Source: Nitrososphaerota archaeon (GTDB lineage: Archaea; Thermoproteota; Nitrososphaeria_A; Caldarchaeales; Caldarchaeaceae). From it: DNA of 64,000 nucleotides. Shown here in pieces: positions 56,405 to 64,000 of this stretch (positions are counted from its first letter, which is position 1; each line of letters starts with the position of its first letter). The notes beneath the pieces are model-generated. The model saw only the letters and a list, made by a program, of their open reading frames with translations, searched no databases and was not told the origin of the DNA. The stretch covers positions 608,001-672,000 of the forward strand of contig JBEPYN010000001.1 of the NCBI GenBank assembly GCA_041641305.1, given 5' to 3'. Position numbers and translations under genes: made by a program.

Positions 56405-56953
56405 ATGGAGAGTGTCCGGTTTCTACGGTTTTCGGCGCTTGTGCTGGGGATACCGTTCATAGTATTGGCAGGTTCGTTTCTGCATTTTACCTATGAGTTA
56501 TCAGGTGGCAACATGGCTGTGGCCCTCTTTTCCGCGGTCAACGAAAGCGTGTGGGAGCATCTCAAACTCGCGTTTTTCCCCGATCTCTTCCTATCCGTGC
56601 CACAATACATGCTCCTCCGCAGACATTATCCAAACTTCTTTCTCGGAAAAATGGTTGGCATGCTTGTCACACCTCTCACAATAGTCGCAGGTTTCTACGG
56701 CTATGAACTGGTTTTCCACAGCTCCAACATTGTCTACGACATCGGCCTCTTCATAGCCGCTGTGATAATGGGCCAGCTTGTCAGCTATAACCTCATCCAG
56801 AAACATGGAGGCAACCGGTTTAACCCGCTTCCTCCCACGATACTTTTTCTCTTCGCAGCGGCGTTCTTCGTCTTTACCTATATGCCGCCGGAGTTGGAGT
56901 TGTTCAGAGACCCTGTGACAGGTGGATATGGGCTGACCTCACACACGCTCTGA
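56405..56953 (+). CDS. DUF6512-like membrane protein
   Basis: G..LHFTYE.SG, VNESVWEHLKL, PP...LF.DP..G.YG. Confidence 0.7.
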   Translation: MESVRFLRFSALVLGIPFIVLAGSFLHFTYELSGGNMAVALFSAVNESVWEHLKLAFFPDLFLSVPQYMLLRRHYPNFFLGKMVGMLVTPLTIVAGFYGYELVFHSSNIVYDIGLFIAAVIMGQLVSYNLIQKHGGNRFNPLPPTILFLFAAAFFVFTYMPPELELFRDPVTGGYGLTSHTL

Positions 56954-58072
56954 GTGGAAGACGTAGCTGCTCAGGTCTCCCAGCAAAACCTTTCTGAAGC
57001 ATAGCGGTGTGTAGCCTGATTTTTCGAGGGCGCGGAGAACCGTGACAGGCTTGTTCACTATGACTGTTAGTGATGCGTTTGGGCAGGCTTGCGCGATTGC
57101 TGCGAAGGCTTCTGTGTAGAATTTTTCAGGCTCTCTCAGCCGCAGTCTTACGCCGAAGGGCGGGTTGCAGACGACCTTGTCAACCTCTCGGTCGACATGT
57201 TCCACGAGTCTGAAGACATCGCCTTGGACAAACCTCACACCCTTTTCTCTGCCGAGCGCCTCAAGGCTGTCGAAAGCAAGTTTGAGTGATTTGGGGGATA
57301 TGTCTATTCCGATGACCTCCACCGTGCCGGGGTCCTCTGCCTCCATCAATTCTTCACGTATTCTATCGGTGTCGATTCCTCTGAAGACCGGTATTTTCTC
57401 GAGGCTGAGGTGTTGCCTCCGTGCTCCGGGGCTGATTCTGAGGCCATAAAGAGCTGTTTCGAGTGGGATGGTGCCGCTTCCGGTGAATGGGTCGAGGAGG
57501 ACCATGTTTCTTCTCCACCCAGAGAAACGCACTAGGGTGTTTGCGACGGCCGGGGACAAGGCTGCTCTGTGAAACCCTCTTCGGTAAAAGCGTCTGTGCA
57601 GCGACTCGCCCGTGGTGTTGAGGCCGAGCAGAAGCTCCGAGTTTCTCAAAATAGCGTAAACCTCTACGTCGGGGTTGTTGAGGTCAACCCTCAGCCTCAC
57701 CCCGGTTCCGGCCTTGTAGGAGTCTATCACCGCCTTTCCAACCGCCGCCGCTATGTCGAGGCTCGTGAAGCCATGCACACCGACTCTCTCAGCCCTTACC
57801 GCGAAACTCTGCTCCCTGCCGATGAATTCTCGGTAGTCAACCGAGGCACATAGACGCTCTACATCCGTCAACGTCTCCGCATGCTCTCTCAATAGAAGTA
57901 GGAAGACCCTGTTTACTGTTTGCGCGGCGTAGTTGACTTTAACACATTCCTCGAGCGAGGCTGTGAAGAGGACTTTACCCACATCGGCTTCTGCTTCGCC
58001 GCTTAGGAGGCTTGACAGCTCCGCGGCCGCTATGTCCTCGAGCCCCGAGAATGTTGTTGCGAAAAATCTCAT
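56939..58072 (-). CDS. trm14: tRNA m2G6 methyltransferase (THUMP plus Rossmann MTase)
   Basis: GLE..A..E, G.SLHRR.YR, DPFTGSGTI..E, NPPFG. Confidence 0.85.
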   Translation of the reverse strand: MRFFATTFSGLEDIAAAELSSLLSGEAEADVGKVLFTASLEECVKVNYAAQTVNRVFLLLLREHAETLTDVERLCASVDYREFIGREQSFAVRAERVGVHGFTSLDIAAAVGKAVIDSYKAGTGVRLRVDLNNPDVEVYAILRNSELLLGLNTTGESLHRRFYRRGFHRAALSPAVANTLVRFSGWRRNMVLLDPFTGSGTIPLETALYGLRISPGARRQHLSLEKIPVFRGIDTDRIREELMEAEDPGTVEVIGIDISPKSLKLAFDSLEALGREKGVRFVQGDVFRLVEHVDREVDKVVCNPPFGVRLRLREPEKFYTEAFAAIAQACPNASLTVIVNKPVTVLRALEKSGYTPLCFRKVLLGDLSSYVFHSERV

Positions 58073-58106
58073 CCAAACAAGGATTTAGATGTGGGTTGGT
58101 AAAAAT

Positions 58107-59678
58107 CTACTGAAGATATTCGTAGGCGATTGGGGGTGTGAACTCGATGAACTCGGGGGCGAGAACTGTTTTGCGAAGTATCTCGGCTGCCTGCTCAAAC
58201 TTTGTCTCTTGGTAGGCTGGCCCTGTTTCTTCACGGAGTTTCTGCAACACTTTCCCCAATTCCTCCTCGAATACCTGCGGCGTCACCACACGGCCGTCGG
58301 CGAGTCTCGCTCCATGCCGTATCCACTGCCATATCAGGGCCCGTGCTATCTCGAATGTCGCCGCATCCTCCATCAGGAAGTTTATCGCCACGCATCCGTT
58401 TCCGCGGAGCCATGACTCGAGGTAACGTAGCCCGACCTCCATGTTGGCCCTCATCCCCTCCGCGGTCCGCTCTCCTTCGGGGACTTTGAGCAGGTCCTCG
58501 GCTGTGATGATGAGGTTTTCATGCTTTACGTGGAGCTGGTTGGGGGTCTTGAGGTTCTCCACGAATAGGCTCTTCACCAGCGGCACGAGGTCCGGATGCG
58601 CCACCCACGCGCCGTCAAATCCCTGCGAAATCTCCCGCAGCTTATCCTCCCGGACCTTGGCGAAGGCACGTTGCTGAGCCTCGGGATTGCCTCTAATCGG
58701 CACCTGAGCCGCCATGCCTCCGATGGCGTATGCACCGCGTCGGTGACAGGTTTTCACCATAAGCAGCGCCGCTGACTTGAGGAAATGCTTGTCCATGGTT
58801 AGGAGACTTCTGTCGGGCATGAGATAACGTGGGTCATGTCCAAGTCTCTTGATGAAGCTGAAGATGTAGTCCCAGCGGCCGAGGTTCAACGCCGTCACAT
58901 AGTCACGCAGCTCATAGAGGATCTCATCCATCTGGAAAGCCGCGGTAATGGTCTCTATCAAGACGCTGCACTTTATCGTCCCATGTGGAAGGTTGAGGGT
59001 TTTCTCTGCGTCGGCGAAAACGTTTGCCCACCATCTTGCCTCGAGGTAGTGCTCGAGCTTGGGGATGTAGAAGTATGGTCCGGTGCCTCTCCGCCTCAGC
59101 TCAGAAGAGTTGTGGAAAAGGTATAGCCCGAAGTCGAAAAGCGCCGCCGGGACAGGGGACCCGTTTATCCGCATGTTTTTCTCAACAAGGTGGAGACCGC
59201 GGGGCCGCACCACGAGCGTCGCGGTCTTTTCTGCGAGAGTGTAAAGTTTTCCGTCGGGGCTTCTGTATTCGATGGTTTTTCTAACAGCATCCATGAGGTT
59301 GACCTGCCCCGCAAGAGTTTGCTGCCACACAGGCGAAAAAGAGTCCTCGAAATCAGCCATGTAAACATCCGCGCCCGAGTTCAACGCATTAATCATCATC
59401 TTCCTGTCCACAGGACCAGTAATCTCAACATGTCTAACGGAGAGATCGGCCGGAATATCTGAAACACTCCAGCCAGAGGATCTTATGTCAGCCGTCTCCG
59501 GGGGAAAATCAAGCTTGGCGCCCCTCCTAAGCGCTGCGGCTGTCTCCTCCCTTTTAGCAAGCAGTCGCCGTAGCCCGGGGCCATGGTTCTCGACGAGATG
59601 CTGCAGAAAATCAACAGCTTCCTTGTCTAATACGGTGAGAAGTTGTTTGTCAACTTCCTTGATCTGTATTGATGACAG
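58107..59678 (-). CDS. aceB: Malate synthase A; probable CTG start
   Basis: VEITGP, ADFED, VRPRG, PKLE, GRWDY, GGM, MEDAAT.EI; frame open to 59684 with conserved N-terminus but no ATG/GTG/TTG; GGTGA 6 nt before CTG. Confidence 0.95.
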   Translation of the reverse strand: MSSIQIKEVDKQLLTVLDKEAVDFLQHLVENHGPGLRRLLAKREETAAALRRGAKLDFPPETADIRSSGWSVSDIPADLSVRHVEITGPVDRKMMINALNSGADVYMADFEDSFSPVWQQTLAGQVNLMDAVRKTIEYRSPDGKLYTLAEKTATLVVRPRGLHLVEKNMRINGSPVPAALFDFGLYLFHNSSELRRRGTGPYFYIPKLEHYLEARWWANVFADAEKTLNLPHGTIKCSVLIETITAAFQMDEILYELRDYVTALNLGRWDYIFSFIKRLGHDPRYLMPDRSLLTMDKHFLKSAALLMVKTCHRRGAYAIGGMAAQVPIRGNPEAQQRAFAKVREDKLREISQGFDGAWVAHPDLVPLVKSLFVENLKTPNQLHVKHENLIITAEDLLKVPEGERTAEGMRANMEVGLRYLESWLRGNGCVAINFLMEDAATFEIARALIWQWIRHGARLADGRVVTPQVFEEELGKVLQKLREETGPAYQETKFEQAAEILRKTVLAPEFIEFTPPIAYEYLQ

Positions 59679-59691
59679 GCTTATTCACCGT

Positions 59692-60981
59692 TTACTTGAA
59701 CTGGTGGTTCTCGGTTGATTCGGCGAGGGCGGAGACCGCTTCCTTTCCCTCTATAGCCATCAAGACCTCGTCGTAGTAGTGGACGCCGACGAAGCGTTGA
59801 TGCTTGAAGGCTCTGTATCCCGTTTTCTCCAGCTCCGTCTCATGTGCCTGGAAGTTGGCGTAGGCCACCATGCCTTCTTCGGCGAGCTTCTTCGCCAGCT
59901 CATACATCGATGCGTTAAGCGTGTGGAAACCGGCAAGGGTTATGAACTGGAACTTGTAGCCCATCTGGCCGAGCTTTTTGTTGAACTCACGCAGCGTGTC
60001 GCCGTCGACAACCTTTAGCCAGTTGAACGAGGGGGACATGTTGTAGGCGAGGAGTTTGCCGGGATATTTTCGGTGAATTGCGTCAGCGAATTTTTTAGCT
60101 TCTTCTAGAGAGGGCTTCGATGTCTCGAACCACAGCATGTCGGCGTAGGGTGCGTAGGCGAGGCCACGCTGTATAGCCATGTCTAGGGCCGTGCCTGGCT
60201 TGAGCTCGAAGTATCCTTCGCTGGTGCGGCTGCCTGTCAGAAACTCTCTGTCAACTGGGTCTGCGTCGCTTGTGATAAACTGTGCGCCTATCGAGTCGGT
60301 TCTCGCTATAATGATTGATGGAACTCCTAAGACGTCGGCCGCCAGACGCGCTGCCGAGAGAATACTTATGAAGCGTTTGGTGGGGATGAGGACTTTTCCG
60401 CCTAGGTGTCCGCATCTCCTCTCGCTGGGGGACTGGTCCTCGAAATGTACTCCTGCTGCGCCGGCCTCTATCATGGCTTTCATCAGCTCGTAGGCGTGGA
60501 GTGGCCCTCCGAACCCTGCTTCTCCGTCGGCGACTATAGGTGCCATGTAGTCGATTTTGCTGGGCCTGTTTTCGAGATGCTGTATTTGGTCCGCCCTCTG
60601 TAGTGCTTTGACGATTTTTCTGACGAGGTCGGGTGTGCTGCTGGAGGGGTAGAGGCCGAGGTCTGGATACATGTTGCCGCTCTGGTTGTTGTCCGCCGCG
60701 ACCTGCCAGCCGCTGACATAGATGGCTTTGATGCCTGCTTCAACCAGCTGTATGGCTTGGTTGCCTGTCAGAGCTCCGGCGGTGAAGATGTAGTCTGAGG
60801 TGTGCAGCATTTGCCAAAACTTTTCCGACGTGACACGGGCATAGGTGCAGTCGAGTTTCCATGTTCCACGCAGCTTCAACACATCCTCCGCGGAGTATTT
60901 CCGCGTCACACCGCTCCATCGCTGGGTCCTCCAAACCTTCTCCAGCTCCTCAGGTGTATCAGCCATCAGTAACGGGTTCAT
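59692..60981 (-). CDS. aceA: Isocitrate lyase
   Basis: SGWQVA, YPD..LYP, ADGEAGFGG, HFEDQ, RRCGH.GGKVL, ARTD, W.ET, AYN.SPSFNW, QFITLAGFH. Confidence 0.95.
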   Translation of the reverse strand: MNPLLMADTPEELEKVWRTQRWSGVTRKYSAEDVLKLRGTWKLDCTYARVTSEKFWQMLHTSDYIFTAGALTGNQAIQLVEAGIKAIYVSGWQVAADNNQSGNMYPDLGLYPSSSTPDLVRKIVKALQRADQIQHLENRPSKIDYMAPIVADGEAGFGGPLHAYELMKAMIEAGAAGVHFEDQSPSERRCGHLGGKVLIPTKRFISILSAARLAADVLGVPSIIIARTDSIGAQFITSDADPVDREFLTGSRTSEGYFELKPGTALDMAIQRGLAYAPYADMLWFETSKPSLEEAKKFADAIHRKYPGKLLAYNMSPSFNWLKVVDGDTLREFNKKLGQMGYKFQFITLAGFHTLNASMYELAKKLAEEGMVAYANFQAHETELEKTGYRAFKHQRFVGVHYYDEVLMAIEGKEAVSALAESTENHQFK

Positions 60982-61089
60982 GTCTGGGTTTGTTTTAGCA
61001 GCATGTGGGTTATTTATACATATCTCACGTAAAAAGCGGTTAGATAACTATACATAATGCATAAATTACGAAGGATATGTTTACTATGC

Positions 61090-62082
61090 ATGTTTATGCG
61101 TACGATTCAGAAGACGGCCGGGGGGACTTACACTGTCTCTCTTCCTAAGCAGATGGTCAAGTCTCTTGGGTTGGATAAGAAGCATGTTGTGCGGGTTACG
61201 GTTGAGGATGATAGGATTGTTTTGACGCCTGCCACTATCCGGCAGACTGTTCAGAGTAGGAGGATTAATACGGAGGAGCTGCGGGACCCGAAGCTGCTGG
61301 GCCTCGCTATAGTCAACAGCTACATCATGGGCCATGATGTTGCAGAGGTTGTGTCGGAGGGGAAGATGCACCCCCTCATGAAGAAAGCTGTCCGCGAGGC
61401 TGTGGAGAACATGATTGGGGTTGAGATTGTGGAGGATTATGCAGACCGTGTGGTGCTTCAGACTTTCCTAGATCCCACCAAGTTCGAGCTGGATAAGCTT
61501 CTGGATAAGTTTACACAGTTTTCACGTGCGGTTATGCGTGATGCGGCCAAAGCCCTCAGCCTCGGCGACAAAACATTAGCCCATGACGCGTATGAGCGTG
61601 GTGTTGAGTTGACGAAGCATTATAGGCTGTTGATGCGTGTGTGTTTTCAGGCGCTGCATAGCACGGTTGTCCGCGAGGCTGTTAAGGTCCGTGACACATC
61701 GAGCCTCGTGGTCAGGATTATTGCTGTGAGGGAGCTGGGGCGTGTGGCATATTACTGTATGCGGATGGCTGAGAGGGTTGAGGAGATTGGAAGGGTTGAG
61801 GGCGAGTTGGCGGCGACGGTTGAGGAGATGGTTGCGCTGGTGGATAAGATGCTCGACGATGCTTTGACAGCTTTGCTGAGGCATGACCTAACACTCGCAA
61901 GCGAGGTCATCGACAGAATGGAGAACGTCCGCACACTATACACAAAAGCATTCAAGCAAATCATTAGAAAACCCGAGAAAGAGGCCAACATCCTCGGCCT
62001 CATTATAAGGGCCGTGAGAGCGATAGCCGGATACGGCGTAGCTTTGGCGGATGACGCCATCCTTGAAATCTTCTCCCGCTGA
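61090..62082 (+). CDS. AbrB-PhoU fusion transcription regulator (second paralog)
   Basis: RTIQKTAGGTYTVSLPK, G.EIVE, LDP.KF, PhoU helical bundles. Confidence 0.88.
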   Translation: MFMRTIQKTAGGTYTVSLPKQMVKSLGLDKKHVVRVTVEDDRIVLTPATIRQTVQSRRINTEELRDPKLLGLAIVNSYIMGHDVAEVVSEGKMHPLMKKAVREAVENMIGVEIVEDYADRVVLQTFLDPTKFELDKLLDKFTQFSRAVMRDAAKALSLGDKTLAHDAYERGVELTKHYRLLMRVCFQALHSTVVREAVKVRDTSSLVVRIIAVRELGRVAYYCMRMAERVEEIGRVEGELAATVEEMVALVDKMLDDALTALLRHDLTLASEVIDRMENVRTLYTKAFKQIIRKPEKEANILGLIIRAVRAIAGYGVALADDAILEIFSR

Positions 62083-62131
62083 AGTATCATGAGAAAGCTT
62101 ATTTGCAAGTCAACGCCTATTTGATCAAGAA

Positions 62132-62938
62132 TTGACCCAGACAATTGTACAAAAGCCATTTGATTCGCCGCGTGTAATATACTGCGGCGACCGCGAGCTC
62201 TACCTTTTCTCGGTTGAGCTCGTGGACAGGCCCGGCGCGTTGGCTGAAGCTGTGGCGATTTTCTCCACATACGGCATAAACATAGTAAGCGTATACACCA
62301 CTGAAACCAATTATCGGGAGGATCGTCCAACAGTTGAGGTGAATATAGTGGTGGATCTTACCGGGAAAAACGTTTCCGCTGAGCAGCTGGCCAAAAGCCT
62401 CAACTTGCTAACCTCAGTTAAACGAGTGACCATAGTTTCCAAGCAGCTTCCCAACATTTTGGTGGATGAGCTTCATTTTCCGCTCCATGTTGCGGGGGAC
62501 AGAGCCGTCATCTACAGGGATGGCGCATATGGGGAAATGATCCAAGCCCTTCGCCGCCAGCTTGGTGCGGCGGGTGAAGCGCTACTATACCACGTGGGGT
62601 TAAACATAGGAAAAGGCGCTTGGAAGAAAATCAAGGAAATCTGCGGAGAAAAACTGCATCTCCTACCCAAATATATTCAGTATTGGAATCTCATTCACAG
62701 CGCCGCACGCATAACACATATCGAAATCGACTTTGAGAAAAAAGATTTCCTCATACGGGCTGAGTCTGTTTACGAGTGTGAGATTGGACGGGGCCATGGC
62801 AAACCGTTTAGCAACATTTTCCGCGGCAGCCTCGCGGGCATGCTACAGGAGACTCTGGGCGTAGAGACTGTTGTGGAGACCAAGTGTATCGCGGCGGGCG
62901 ACCCCTACTGCGAGTTTGTTCCGGCGAAGAAATCTTAG
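62132..62938 (+). CDS. ACT plus V4R domain small-molecule sensor
   Basis: DRPGALA....FS..GINI ACT motif; YEC, RG.L.G, ETKCIAAGDPYCEF V4R motif. Confidence 0.88.
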   Translation: MTQTIVQKPFDSPRVIYCGDRELYLFSVELVDRPGALAEAVAIFSTYGINIVSVYTTETNYREDRPTVEVNIVVDLTGKNVSAEQLAKSLNLLTSVKRVTIVSKQLPNILVDELHFPLHVAGDRAVIYRDGAYGEMIQALRRQLGAAGEALLYHVGLNIGKGAWKKIKEICGEKLHLLPKYIQYWNLIHSAARITHIEIDFEKKDFLIRAESVYECEIGRGHGKPFSNIFRGSLAGMLQETLGVETVVETKCIAAGDPYCEFVPAKKS

Positions 62939-64000
62939 CTGCGGAGGCTGAGCGGCCTGGTCAAGTGTCGCCTGGCTGATACAGCGGCCTCGTAGACGCC
63001 TACGGAGAGCCGGCGGGGGACAACAGTTTTTACACTGGCCTCTGGAGGAAGCTTCTCACCACATCTCTCACATCTATAGCCCTTGTTCCTCCCCAGCGAC
63101 TCCATTCTCCTGCCACATCTTGGACAATTCGGCGGCCTCGTGACCATTTGTTCTGCGAGGCTTCTCACCTCTATTTTCTCGATGTTAAGCGTCAGCCCCT
63201 CCGGCTTCTCCTTCACAGCCCCCATAACCCTCACAACATCACCTTCGACAAGCTGCTGAACAACTTGTCTAAGCCCGCCTGTTGGCCGGTAAGCCGCGCA
63301 AACGATTTCACCACCCTCGTCAGCAACTCTGAAGAAAACATGCCCACCCTGTTTCACAAACGGCCTCCCCACAACCGTCCCCTCAACAACCACGTTTTGA
63401 TACGGCTTGAGCAACGGTATCCGCGACGGTATGTAATGCATGTCAGTGGCCTGGTTGGTCGCGAAGACCGTGAAAAACTCGATTTCCTCGTGGAACCTCA
63501 CCATCGAGAGACCTTTCAAAGCGTTTTCTGGAACGGTGGCCCTGACGCCTGCAAGGACAGGGCATGGTGTATGGGGAGTTATCCTGATTTCACCTGTCTC
63601 CGGGTCGTAGCTGTCGAAGGTGAGGCCGCTTCGGTGGAGCTCGATGACCGATGATGGGTCGAGGCGTCGCATGGTTCCCCAGTTGCTTGGAACACGGTAA
63701 GCGATGGCTTCGTAGGTCGGGTTCTCGAGCGGTAGGCCGATGGCTGCCAAGGCACCGATAACTCCCCTCCCGCCGTTGAACCTGTAAACCTCTGCTCCAT
63801 GTTTCTCGGCGAGCTCAACCGCTTCATCCAACCCAACAATCTCCCGCACAGCCCTCATCCCAAACATTTTCCACTCCTCAGGAACCTCCACACCTCTGTA
63901 AACAACCACACCCGGCTGCGTCTCCGCAAACCCCTTCTCATAAAACTCCTCAACAGTCTGGAGAACGGTTTCCACAGCCTTGTCCACCATGGTTTCGGAG
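62935..64000 (-). CDS. tiaS: tRNA(Ile2) agmatidine synthetase, C-terminal part (start lies beyond the window)
   Basis: PG.V, GRG.IGALAA, PH.P.PVL.G.R, TNQ.TD.H, GGHV, AY.PTG OB fold, CPRC...S.G...GYRC..C, RRHL..P. Confidence 0.93.
   Translation of the reverse strand, partial: SETMVDKAVETVLQTVEEFYEKGFAETQPGVVVYRGVEVPEEWKMFGMRAVREIVGLDEAVELAEKHGAEVYRFNGGRGVIGALAAIGLPLENPTYEAIAYRVPSNWGTMRRLDPSSVIELHRSGLTFDSYDPETGEIRITPHTPCPVLAGVRATVPENALKGLSMVRFHEEIEFFTVFATNQATDMHYIPSRIPLLKPYQNVVVEGTVVGRPFVKQGGHVFFRVADEGGEIVCAAYRPTGGLRQVVQQLVEGDVVRVMGAVKEKPEGLTLNIEKIEVRSLAEQMVTRPPNCPRCGRRMESLGRNKGYRCERCGEKLPPEASVKTVVPRRLSVGVYEAAVSARRHLTRPLSLRS

Noticed and set aside
1-64000. CRISPR arrays, rRNA, IS elements, tRNA introns
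   Set aside because: No regularly spaced repeats, rRNA signatures or transposase motifs were seen, and all three tRNAs are intronless.

Overview
Dense, mostly housekeeping region of a thermophilic TACK archaeon. Gene content, frequent TTG/GTG starts and TATA boxes about 25 nt upstream of start codons suggest Caldarchaeales/Aigarchaeota (Ca. Caldarchaeum-like); this assignment is an inference. The window holds about 60 CDS and three intronless tRNAs lacking encoded CCA (Asn-GUU, Ala-CGC, Cys-GCA). I found no rRNA, CRISPR array, integrase or transposase. Recognisable genes include glnA (partial), VKOR plus thioredoxin, pyrG, tmk, moeA, ncsA/ttuA, lysC-hom, upp, nfo, coxC, thiI, thrC, udgB, trm14, aceA-aceB and tiaS (partial). 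Most notable: (1) a coupled proteasome beta-alpha pair in which beta has no propeptide and alpha has lost most open-gate residues, suggesting a specialised 20S particle; (2) a GDGT ring synthase (Grs)-like radical SAM gene flanked by pspC and a membrane-anchored wHTH regulator; (3) an AT-rich islet at tRNA-Asn encoding a 1514-aa transglutaminase-fold surface protein with a Cys-to-Ser change and a degenerate restriction-type nuclease fused to a SeqA-like domain; (4) malate synthase that appears to need a CTG start; (5) a bacterial-type KstD abutting tRNA-Cys. All family assignments come from motif recognition by eye, not database searches.
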